The notes under the pieces are model-generated. The model was not told where the DNA came from and made no database searches. It saw nothing but the letters and a program-made list of their open reading frames with translations. Both the position numbers and the translations under genes were made by a program. From Stegostoma tigrinum (lineage: Eukaryota), in assembly GCF_030684315.1 (NCBI RefSeq), contig NC_081359.1:35040470-35104469 (forward strand): a stretch of DNA of 64,000 bases, written 5' to 3'. How positions within the stretch are numbered: position 1 is the stretch's first letter; the number at the start of each line of letters is the position of its first letter. Below are positions 35,940 to 47,110 of the stretch, piece after piece.

Positions 35940-38142
35940 ATTAAAAAACATAGTTGGAGTCCTATACAGGCCTCCAAACAGTGGTCAGGAGCTGGGGCAC
36001 AAGATACTTCACAAGACAGAAAATGGCAGGAGTTTCAAGGAGTCATTCAGGAGACACAGCAAAAATTTATCCTTAAGAAAATAAAGCATGGTACAAGGAG
36101 GATGATGCAATCATGGCTGACTAAGGAATCAGGAATAGCATAAAAGGAAGAGAGAAAGTATATAATCTGGTGAAGGTCAGTGGGAAACCTAAGGATTAGG
36201 AAACCTACAAAGACCAACAGAGGGCAACAAGAAAGGAAATAAGGAGGGAGAAGATTAAATATGAGGGCAAGCTAACCAATCCAAAGATGTGCAAGTTAGA
36301 TAGGCCAGCCATGTCACACCAGTAATATAAGGGAGGACTGTAAAAGTTTCTTCAGATATATAAAGGACAAAAGAGAGGCAAAAGTGGATATTGGTCACTG
36401 GAAAATGACATTGGAGAGATCATAGTGGGGAACAAGGAAATGGCTGAGCACCTGAATAATTAATTTGTGTCAGTCTTCACAGTGGAAGACACGAGCAATA
36501 ACCCGAAACCTCAAATGAGTCGGGGCCAGAGCTGAGTATGGTGGCCATCACCAAGGAGAAGGTGCTAGAAAAACTGAATGGCCTGTAGGTGGATAAATCA
36601 CCAGGACCACATGGACTACTCCCCAGTGCTCTTAAGGAGATAGCCGAAGAGGTATTGGAGGCGTTAGTGGTGATCTTTCAGGAATCACTAGAGTCAGGGA
36701 GGGTCACAGAGGACAGGAAAATCGCTACCTGTTTAAAACGGGAGTAAGGCAAAAGACTGAAAATTACAGGCCAATTAGCCTAACCTCAGTTTGGGGTAAG
36801 ATTTTAGAGTCCAGTGCAAAAGATGAGATGTCTGAACACTTGGAAATGCATAGAAAAATAGGGCAAAATCAGCCTGGCTTTATCAAGGGGAGGCCATGCC
36901 TGACAAATCTGTTAGAATTCTTCCAGGAAGTAACGCACAGTGTAGACCAAGGAGAGTCAATGGATGTTATCTACCTGGACTTCAAGAAGGCCTTTGACAA
37001 GTTGCCACACAGGAGGCCGCTGAGTAAGATAAGGGCCCATGGTGTTACAGGCAAAGTACTGCCTGACAGAAAGCAGACAGTGGGGATAAAAGGGTCCATT
37101 TATGAATGGCAGCAGGTGACATGTGGTGTTCCACGAGGATGAGTGTTAGGACCATAATTTTCCATTTTATATGTTAATGACCTAGATGAAGGAACTGATG
37201 GCATTCTAGCTAAGTTTGCAGACGATACAAAGATACGTGGAGGGACAGATAGTATTGAAGAGGTGGGGATACTGCAGAAGGATTTGGACAGATTAGGAGA
37301 ATGGGCAAAGAAGTGGCAGATGGAGTACAATGTGGGAATGTGTAAGGTTCTGCACTTTTGTAAGAAGAATAGAAGCATTCACTATTTTCTAAATGGGGAG
37401 GAAATTCAGAAATCCGAAGTGCAGAGACTGAGACTTCTAGTCCAGGATTCTCTCAAGGTAAACTTATAGGTTGAGTCAGTAATTAAGAAGGCAAATACAA
37501 CTTTGGCATTTATTTTGAGAGGACTTGAATATAAAAGCAGGAATGCACTTTTGAGGCTCTATAAGGCTCTGGTCAGGCGACATTTGAAGTATTGTATGCT
37601 ATTTTAGGCCCCATATTTCAGGAAAGATGCACTGTCTTTAGAGTGGGTTCAGAAGAGGTTCACGGGAATGGCCCCAGGAATGAAAATCTCAACATATGAG
37701 GAATGTTTGAGGACTCTGGGTCTATCCTTGGTGGAGTTTAGAAAGATGAGGAAGAATTTAATCGAAACTGAAATAATACTGAATGATTTGGACAAAATGG
37801 ATATTGAGAAGATGTTTCCATTGGTTGGAGAAACTAGGGCCCGAGGGCATAGACTTAGAGTAAAGAGAAGACCTATGAAAATGGAGATAAGGAGAAACCT
37901 CTTCAGCCAGAGCGTTGTGAATCTATGGAATTCACTGCCACAGAAGGTTGTGGAGGCCAAGTTGTTGAGTGTATTTAAGACTGAGATAGATAGGTTCTTG
38001 ATTGTCAAGGGGATCAAAGGTTATGTGGAGAAAGCAGGAGAATGGAGTTTAGAAATGTATCAGTCATGATCAAATGACGGAGAAGTGTTGATGGGCTGAA
38101 TGGGCTAATTTCTGCTCTTATGCCTAATGCTGTTATGGTCTT
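35940..38142 (+). mobile_element. CR1 LINE ORF2 (endonuclease remnant, RT, C-terminus) plus 3' UTR; decayed
   Basis: GVLYRPPN; QPGFIKGRPCLTNLLEFF; VIYLDFKKAFDK; KFADDTK; LWNSLP; 3' UTR ending ttatggtct. Confidence 0.95.
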
Positions 38143-38558
38143 TATTCAACTGTTACCAACAAGAGTAGAGAAGTCACATGTATTTCCATCAGAAGACTGT
38201 ACAAAACTCCAAATTATTTTCCAATTTGATATCAGACTGGGTAGAGCTCAGATTCATTTAAACATTAACACTTTCTAACCTTTTATACGACAACCCTATG
38301 TTTTCTCTTCTACACCATCAGTAGCCAAGTGTTCATTGTTTCAGATTGAGTCTTTTGAACTCTGCCCTGAAATCTTTCACTCTTTCATCTTTAAGATGAT
38401 CTTTAAAATTTTACCTTTTTGGTTTTAGTAACCTGTCCTAATATTTCCTTCTGTGGATTAGAATTATTTATGGTCTAACTACATATAATGTTTATGTTTT
38501 GTCACCACAACCAATTTATGTACGAAAAACTCTTTACCCAGACACTGTTGTTAGTGAA

Positions 38559-38679
38559 GGATAGTAGGAACTGCAGAAGCTGGAGAATCTGAGATAGCAA
38601 GGTGTAGAGCTGGATGAACACAGCTGGCCAAGCAGCTCATAGGAGCAGGAAAGCTGACGTTTCGGGCCTAGACCCTTTC
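38559..38679 (-). mobile_element. Single-arm mini-PLE (family A): hammerhead stem II to tail only
   Basis: Reverse complement reads AAGGGTCTAGGCCCGAAACGTCAGC...tail. TSD GTTAGTGAA at 38550-38558 and 38682-38690 (11 bp allowing one CpG change). Confidence 0.9.
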
Positions 38680-38850
38680 TCGTTAGTGAAATGGACAAAG
38701 ATGAACATTTCGGTTTTCAATTCAATTCAATAGTATTAACACAGTATTCTCTATTAAAACATGATGGTTGCAGTTTCTAATTTCCATAATATTCACTCTC
38801 TATCTTACTCTCTTTTTGAGAAAAGATAGTATCCACAATGATCCATATTT

Positions 38851-38980
38851 GACACAAAAACAAAGTTGCTGGAAAAGCTCAGCAGGCCTGGCAGCATCTG
38901 TGGTGGAGAAAACAGGCTTAACATTTTGGGTCTGGTGACGCTTCCTCAGAAGGGTCACCAGACTCAATACGTTAACTCTC
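38851..38980. mobile_element. Asymmetric palindromic mini-PLE (family B)
   Basis: Minus arm 38851-38949 ends at cttcctcag (reverse complement of CTGAGGAAG) and is fused to a plus arm aagggtcaccagactcaatacgttaactct. No TSD found. Confidence 0.82.
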
Positions 38981-39519
38981 TTAACGTATCTTCTACCTTG
39001 ATTCTTGTTGTGAGCTTTGGCTGATGAGGTAACTTCTAGCAGAGTGTTTTTATACCCCACTTCCGCAGACTTTCTTGATTATTTCATGGCATTTGGTCAA
39101 TGGGGTGATTGATGAGCAGTGTTCAAAGCATTGGATGGGGTTGTGCCAACGGCATTCACTGCTGCATTGCTGGGGTTGGGGGTGTAAAGTGCACATTCTC
39201 AGGCACTGGCTGGAAGTCAAGGTGCCAGAAAGTCTGATCGATACTTCTCTAATATATAACCTTCAAGCTGGTTGTAACTGGTTTCTCCTGAACTTTTTTT
39301 AACTTTGTGACCTCTTTGAGCTTTTCTTTTTTTACATTGTTCTCTGTAATTGAAAGCAGTTAGATGTTGTTTATCTTAGATTGGCTATTTTTCTCTTCAG
39401 CCCAATTTCTCCGGCTATGGGCCAATTTCGAATGTCCACTTAGGCTGTGGTCATTTGACCACAAAATAAGATGAGGTCCTCCTCATACGAGTATCTCACC
39501 TTGTTTCGCATCTGTTACC

Positions 39520-40480
39520 TTTGCTTTAAAATCCTTGTACTCTACAATCCACTCAATTACCATATAAAATTTCTTCCCAAACTGCTATCACTTCCCTCAC
39601 TATCTGAAACATTTGACCAACGTTTTTAGATATATTCCTTCATTCATTCATCATTAAGAGGCTATTCTCAAGTTCATTCCTTCCTGATGAATGATAGCCA
39701 AAGATACATCTACCATCACTTCCCTTCCCACACAGTTACATCTGGAGTTCTGTATGAATCTACCTATTGACATCCTCTGATTTCATATCTCAATGTTGCA
39801 ACTTAACGACATCATCTGAAAACACTTTAATTCTACAAATATATTTCTACAAATCTACCTCACCAGCCCCTGTTTTGAATGCTTACTTGTCCTGAGATTT
39901 CGTTTGAATGTCACATAATCATTTTAATTGGAAGACATTTCAATTTACCAAGACTGCCACATTGCCTCCGAAGCTGCTGCAAACTCTGTTCACCAGCCTC
40001 CAACTCCATTCCTCTTCCTAATCATCATCTGAGGTTTACCCAGATCATTTACACTCCCGTTTGACCCTGAAATGAAATGATTTGACCATATATTCTCTCT
40101 ATCATTTATCATCTAAATTCATCTCCTTAACATTGTCTGGCTCCATCCCTGCCTCTGTTAACAGCAATTCCTTCATTATTCCAGTCTACCCCTGGCTTAT
40201 TTTCATAAACCCAAGATTATCAACAGCTCTGATGCCTGTATCCTTACTCAGCCACCATGTTTACTGATCCCTCTAAGTTGCAAAGGGATACAGCAATACA
40301 GCAATTAGGATTGAGCTGGCCCAGAAGTGAACTGGGTGCTACTGTAACCTGAAGGTCTCACACAGCCGGAAAAGCAGAAGACTTTGACAGTTACCTGGGT
40401 GCCCATTGGCCTAAATTGCTGTCTAATTCTGAATCGATTCAATTTTTAAAATTCTCATCCTTGTTTACAAAATACTCTTG
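39520..40480 (+). mobile_element. Old L2-like LINE remnant
   Basis: Pyrimidine-rich degenerate RT-like blocks (acagttacatctggagttc, gacatcatctgaaaacac, ctacctcacc, tttaaaattctcatccttgtttacaaa). Confidence 0.45.
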
Positions 40481-40594
40481 GAATGCTAATCAAGTTTTTA
40501 TTTTGAACTGTTTAACTACATTAAATTTCGGTTTATTGTTGCTGTTTTGCTTTTTAGTCATAATTAAATAAATGAAAAATTTAACAAAAGTACT

Positions 40595-42052
40595 GATTTG
40601 GGATTGTCAACAAGGCTTTGCTTTGTGGGAAATCGCGTGTCACTTACTCAACTGAGTTTTTACGAAATGGCAAAGAAGATAGATGAAGGTGCAGTGATAA
40701 ATGTTGTCGATGTAGACATTCGATGCGGCTCTGCATGGTAAACTGATTAGTAAGGTTAGATTATGTAGGATCCAGGAGGAACTTGCGAATTGGATGCAAG
40801 ATTTGCTTCAAGTTAGAAGACAGTGAGTTACTTTTCAAACTGGAGGCCTGTGACCAGCAGTGTGCCACAATGGTCGATGCTGGGTCCACTGCTTTTCGTT
40901 ACTTATATAAGTGATTTGGATGTGAATATCAGAGATATGGTTATTAGTTTTGCAGATGACACTGAAATAAGCTGTGTAGTGGACAGCAAAGAAGATTATC
41001 TTGGAGTTCAATGGGACCTTGATCTGATGGGCCAATGGGTTGAAGAGCATCAGGTGGAGTTAAATTTAGATAAATGTGAAGTGTTGCATTTTGGTAAGGC
41101 AAGCCAGGGCAGGGCTTTGACAGTTAATGGTACGAACCTGGGAGTGTTACTGAATAAACAGACCTAGGGGTGCAGATGCATAGTTCCTTGAAACTGGAGT
41201 TGCAGGTAAACAGGAAGGTGAAGAAGGTGAGAATACAAGGTGTAGAGCTGGATGAACACAGCAGGCCCAGTAGCATCAGAGGAGCAGGAAAGCTGAAGTT
41301 TCGGGTGTCGACCCTTCAGAAAGGTCCAGGCCCAAAAAGTCAGCTTTCTTGCTCCTCTGATGCTGCTTGGCCTGCTGTGTCCATCCAGCTCTATACCTTG
41401 TTATCTCAGATTCTCCAGCATTGGCAGTTCCTACTACCTCAAGGTGAAGAAGGTGTTTTGCATGTTTGCCTTCATTGGCCAGTGCATTGAGTGTAGGAGT
41501 TAGGATGACATGTCACAGCTGTAGAGGATATTGGTGAAGCCTCTTTTAGAATATTGTATACAGTTCTGGTTGCCCTTCTATAGGAAAGATGTTGTTAAAC
41601 TTGAGAGGGTGCTGAAGAGATTTAAAAGGATGCAGCCAATACTGGCGAGCGGTGGGATTTGAGTTACAGGGAGAGGCTGAATAGACTGGGGCTTTTCTTG
41701 AAGCCTGAGGATTGGCCTTACAGCAGTTTATAAAATCATGAAAGGCATGGATAGGGTGGATACCCAAGCTCTTTTTTATAGGGTGGTGGAGTCCAAAACT
41801 AGAGGGCATAGGTTTATGGTGGGAAGGGAAAGATTTTAAAAAGACCTAAGAGTTAATGTTTCCACACATGTGGTTGTGAATATATGGAATTAGCTGCCTA
41901 AGGAAGGAGTGAAGGCAGGTAAAATTACAACATTTAAAAGGCATCAGCATTGGTTGATGAAGAGGAAGGGCCTAGAGGGAAATGGGACTAGGTCAGATTG
42001 GGATGTCTGGTCCAAAGGATTTGTTTCCAAACTGTATAACTCTATGACTCTA
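40595..42052 (+). mobile_element. CR1 LINE RT to 3' end, interrupted by a mini-PLE
   Basis: WRPVTSSVPQWSMLGPLLF, SFADDT and KCEVLHFG; terminal ctctatgactcta microrepeat. Confidence 0.92.
41230..41440. mobile_element. Palindromic mini-PLE (family A)
   Basis: Perfect 15-bp TSD AAGGTGAAGAAGGTG at 41215-41229 and 41441-41455. Inverted arms meet at cccttc-ag-aaagg (~41317); the 34-nt tail (41407-41440) is on the right arm only. Confidence 0.94.
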
Positions 42053-44963
42053 TATGAGTTGAGGATAGCACAGGGGGATTCAGTCTGCATTGTTTGAGTC
42101 AAATAGCCAACACAGACACAATGTCCATATAATAAAAGTGATTTAGGATCAGGTGGAGTCTGGATATTTGAAAAATCTCAAACCCTATTCTTCCTCAAAG
42201 CCGTCAAGCACCTGTTTTATAAAACTGGGAATGTTCAGGACACCAACTCACCAACTCACTCCAAGGAAGGATACCTCTGTGTCACGAACTTTAGATTAAT
42301 GTCGAACATTTGATAGCTAGGAAGAGTAGGAAGGTTTCCCCAGGGCCCACATGGAATCATTGGTCAGTTCCATCTCTCAATCAGCAATAATGTCGACAAT
42401 TTTCAAGAAATTAAAGCCTAGGCCATCTTCTTGGGCCTCAGCACATTAGAAATCTTGTCTAAATTATTGACCCTTTGTTACCAGCTGGTCAAATTTAAAA
42501 ATACTAAGACATTGAAATGAGACATGCCATTTAAAAGTAGTCAGACCCTGCTCTCTGAATGGATTTTAGTTGCATTACCCGCACAAAATCACGTCTCCAA
42601 GTTAAAATTGATCCCAATGATTTGGTTAGTTTCTTTTAGAATGAAGTAGATTGTACACTTCTATGTCCTTCCCAACCATGAACAGCCTTCAAATCTTGGT
42701 GCCTGAAATGGTTCAAGCTGGTATCTATTTTCCGCAGTGACCTCTTCTGTCTGAAAGATAGATGGCATCATGGTACAACTATCCACAGAACTATCCAGCT
42801 TGGAATGGTTAGATTTAGGTCTACAACCTTATGTTGCTTGAATCTTTTCCACTAGTATCTAAGTCAACTGTGATCACTTCTGATGCAGCTTTCCTGCTGC
42901 CTCCTGATCTCCATCTCCAGTTCTCAAAATCCACCTGAACCTGTAACATCTTACCACTTTCCTCCATAACCAGTTCTTTAAAAGAAACAATAACTTTCCA
43001 CTTAGATGGAAGAGTTGTTAGCAATTAAGGTCATTGAATTCCAGTTTTTGTGTTAGTGTATATAAACCATAATTTTTCGCTCGTAAATATTACAATCATT
43101 CAGTAATAACCAGAGAAAGGCTAAATTACACAATCATTGCATATCAATAACAATGTTACCAAAGACCTATGGAAGCATTCCTAAATAAAGAGTCAGAACA
43201 AAAAAAATTCTGCTCTAGAATACAAGTTTTGCAAGGTTCAACTTCAAATCACTTCCTGAGAGGGGAGCAACAACAGAGTTCAAAATAGCCCCAGTGAAGT
43301 TTAAAGTGAATTCTATTTCTTCAAAGTGTGATTTGTCTCTGTAAGTTGCATGTGATCTCTTACTCCTTCACCAATTCTGTTTCGATTCAATGGCTCAAAA
43401 ATATTGTATGCACTCATTTCTTAATTCACAAAGCCTAAAATATTCCCCAAGAGAATTGCCTGACAATTACAGCAATATTTTGCATAGAAGTAAACCTCAA
43501 TTAGAAATGGGGTAGAAGCCACATGAAAAAAATTAAATTTCTTTGCAGTGCTTTCACAGATGTTAGTGTTTAAGAGCAAACTGTACATATAATTTGGACA
43601 GTTTTGACAGTGTACTGTCGGACAAACTAGTTAGTAGATGGGGAAATATTAGATGTTTGTATTGTACATTTCACATCAAGTGAAGAAAATGAAAAAATGA
43701 CTGCTGCAAAATAAGATTCAGATGGTAATGTGATTTTGCGGATAATTGTACAGTAAAGTCATGAATGCCTGAAATGGAACTCATTGTTCCAAGACTGCTG
43801 AAGTATGTTATGTTTTGTTGATTTAAAGGCATGAAAACTCAGAGCATTTTAAGGAAGTTAGTGACCCTTTATATTCTGAGCATGTTCTACAAATATAACA
43901 TTGCTGTGGTGCTGAATGTAGGGCTTATTGGCATATTCTGTTCTACAATTTAATCTTCATTTATCTGAAAATTGTCAGATTATTTCCTTTTGCAATCATA
44001 AGGCTTATAAAATTTGGGCGTAATATTTGCTACTTAAATGATATACATAAATTCTTCTATGACAGAGTTCAAACTTGGTGGTGACCTGCTCTTTTGTTGG
44101 TGACATCGAAGGAAAGAGATGGGAAAATATTATGTCTACATCTCTTCTGGTCAAAGCCAGTTGGACTCTGTAGCTGGTTCATTAACACAGGAGTCAGGTA
44201 ATTTTTCAGTACAGATGACTAACCATCTAGCCTGGCTCACTGAGATTCTAATTTTTATCAAAGGGAATAGCACTTCTTCCCATTAACAATTCCAGAATGC
44301 TGCATTAGTTATCGCTTCAACAGCAGATGATCCCAACTCGCTAAGTGCACTGAAGCTTGTCAGGCCAATATACAATTTATTTATTGAACTTCGTCAATGG
44401 GGTTAATATTGACTAAAACTGAACTGGACTAGCCATACAAGTATTCGGGCCAGAAGCGAGGAATCCTACAAATAATTCACTTCCCAACTCTCCAGAGCTC
44501 ATCCACCATTTACAAGAGAAAAGTCTGCGTGACAGAATGCTCACCACTTACTTGGTTGAGTGCAGTTCCAACAACACGTAAGAAGTTTGACACCAACAGG
44601 ACAAAGCAGGATGCATGATTGTTTGTGAATGTGGTGTCATTCACTCCATCCACCATCAACACTCAGTAACAGAAATGTGACCTGCAAGATGCACTGCACA
44701 AATTCAGCAAGGCTGCCAGCATCTTTCAAACCCATGACCATTTATACCTCAAAGGACAAAGGTATAAGATTCTGGGAATGTCACCACCTCCAAACCCCTC
44801 CTCCCTGACCCCAAAACTCTCCTGATTTGGAAATATATTCCTCCAGTGCCCCTGGGTCAAATTTCTTGATCTCCCTCCCTAATGGTGTTTTGGTCTATTA
44901 CAGCGGCTTGACTTGGCAGTTCACAGCCATCTTCTCAAGGGCAACTAGTAATGGGCAATAAAT

Positions 44964-46704
44964 TTGCTTAGATACAAAAAAAAACTGCAGATGCTGGAAT
45001 CCAAGGAAGTCTGGTTTGTTATGTTCTTCCAGCCTCTTGTTTGCCACCCTTTACTTCTTTGGAAACTTACAGATCCCTGGCCCCCAGCCATTTCATCTTT
45101 ACTATGGATGTGCAATCCTTGTACACATCCATACCCCACAAATATGGCCTACAGGCCTTCAGTTATTTCGTCTCCAACAGACCCATCCAGTTCACCCTCC
45201 CCCCATACTCTTGTCTGCTTTACTGAATTAGTCCTCACCCTAATAACTTCTCCTTCAATTTTTTCCGCTTTCTCAAAATCCAGGGGTTCCCCATGGGTTC
45301 TTACGCAGGCTTAAGCTATTCCTGTCTGTTTGTCAGTAATGTCGAACAACCTTCTTCAGTACGTACACTAGTACTGTTCCCCAACTCTTCCTCAATTACA
45401 TTAATGATGGCATCTGTGCTGCATCTTGAACCCAGGCTGAACTGGAACAGTTCATCAACTTTGCTCACTTGGTCTATCTCAACCACCTCCCTCCCCTTTC
45501 TTGTCCTCACTATTTCCATTTTTGGCAACAGTTTACAGACTGACGTTGACTATACACCCACAGACTCCCATAGCTAGCTGGGCTACACTCCTCCCACCCT
45601 CTATCCATCTCATTGTCTCAATTCCTCCATCTCCATTCCATCTGCTCAGATGAGCAGACGTTCCACTCACAAGCTTTTGGGATGTCCGTCCTTTCCAAAC
45701 AACACTCTTTTCCCCACATCTGTCATCCAGGCAGCCCACCACCATGACTCCTCCATTCCCAACTCCACGGCTCTAAATCACAATTCGCCTCCAATCATAA
45801 TGAAGATAGGGTCCCCCTTGTCCTCAAATTTCCATCCCACCAGCCTCCGCATCCAACGTATCATCCTCAAAGACTTCCACCAACTCCAACCAGACCTCAC
45901 CAACCAGAACATCTTCCATTCCCCACTCCCCTCTGCCTTCCTAAAGGACCATTCCCTTCATCTCTCCTTAGTTTGCACCACACTCCCCACCAACCACTCA
46001 AGCTACCTCGGTACCTTCCCCTGTAACCATAAAAGATGCAACACCTGCCCACACGTCACCTCCCTCACCTCCATCCAGGGCCCTAAGCAGCCATTCCAAG
46101 TGAGACAGAGTTTCACCTGCATCCAAGTCTACTGCATCCAGTGCTCCCAATGGACTTTTTCAGTATTGGTGAGTCCAAACAAATGCCAGATGACCTGTAA
46201 CAGTCAACCTAACTTCCTGGCCATCACCATTTCAACTTGTACCCACCCCACACAAGGCCCTAGCACACCCTCCAACAGGTCTGTCATCAGCCTCCTTCAG
46301 TGTCATGGCAAATCGGAACACATATTTGAAGAACAATGCATTATCTTCTGTCTGGGCACCCTACAGCCCAAAGGACTCAACATTGAGTTCTATAATTTCA
46401 ACTAAACTTCCCACTCATCTTCCAGCTCCCTTTTCAGCCCTACACACTCGCCTCCATTCTGCCTTCTGACTTTCCCTTTCAGCTACCAATTGGAGTCATC
46501 CCTCTCATTGACCAACCAGGTCATACCTACTACTGGTGTCCACCTATCATGACCATTACGCTAAACCCTGCCCCCGCCTTTATCTACAGCTCACCCTGCC
46601 CCCATATTCAGTCCTGAAGAAGGGTAATCCCCAAAAAATTGACTTCTCCGTTTCTCCAGATGCTGCCTTGCTTACTGTGTTTTTCCAGCCTCCTCTTTGT
46701 CCAC
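44964..46704 (+). mobile_element. Neptune-type PLE (family C): inverted tail (44964-45006) plus RT, endonuclease and tail-less pLTR
   Basis: FIFTMDVQSLYT, FPCNHKRCNTC and VYCIQC. TSD AATGGGCAATAAAT 44950-44963 / AATGGGGAGTAAAT 46705-46718. Confidence 0.88.
46610..46644 (+). ncRNA. Hammerhead ribozyme remnant (family C)
   Basis: AGTC-CTGAAGA-A-GGG-TAATC-CCC-AAAA-AA-TT-GACT; stem I AGTC/GACT; GAAA mutated. Confidence 0.6.
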
Positions 46705-46779
46705 AATGGGGAGTAAATGCTGGCCCAGTCAGTGACATCCTTATCCCATAAATGAAGAAAATAAAATCTGGTGGCAAGG

Positions 46780-47110
46780 CAGGCCTCCTCTCCTAAGCCA
46801 ACATGCCCAATTTTGAATCCTATCAGTCAAATCCAGCTCCACAATGTAGGATATTTCATTTGTATGCCTGACACCAGACATACAACACAATTGCTCAATT
46901 TGTAATTTGGTTTTGGCAGTTGACTCTTAGATGACATTGGAGATACTTTAAGGACATTCTCAAAGCATCCCTGAAATCGACAAAAAATTCCTGCTGACTC
47001 ACAGGGTTCCCTGGGTGTGATTGACAAGAATGGCAATTCTCCTCAGAAAAGCATTAAGCACACTAGATTACATGGGGAAGATGTGTAGGTGTATTCCAAG
47101 CACTGGAAAC
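46780..47110 (+). mobile_element. RTE-clade LINE C-terminal remnant
   Basis: Degenerate Q-L-(RW)-x-G-x-F-I-C-M-P-D-T-R and FKDILKASLK, resembling the RTE ORF C-terminus. Confidence 0.55.

Larger units (their letters stand above)
44400..46760 (+). mobile_element. 3' end of a CR1-group LINE (44400-44963 and 46705-46760), interrupted by a PLE; shares its tail with the tRNA SINE
   Basis: Degenerate TIYK...SPLTWLSAVPTTRKKFDT RT C-terminus; tail gggcaactag..atgggcaataaat[insert]gctggcccagtcagtgacatcc..atcccataaatgaa. Confidence 0.75.
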
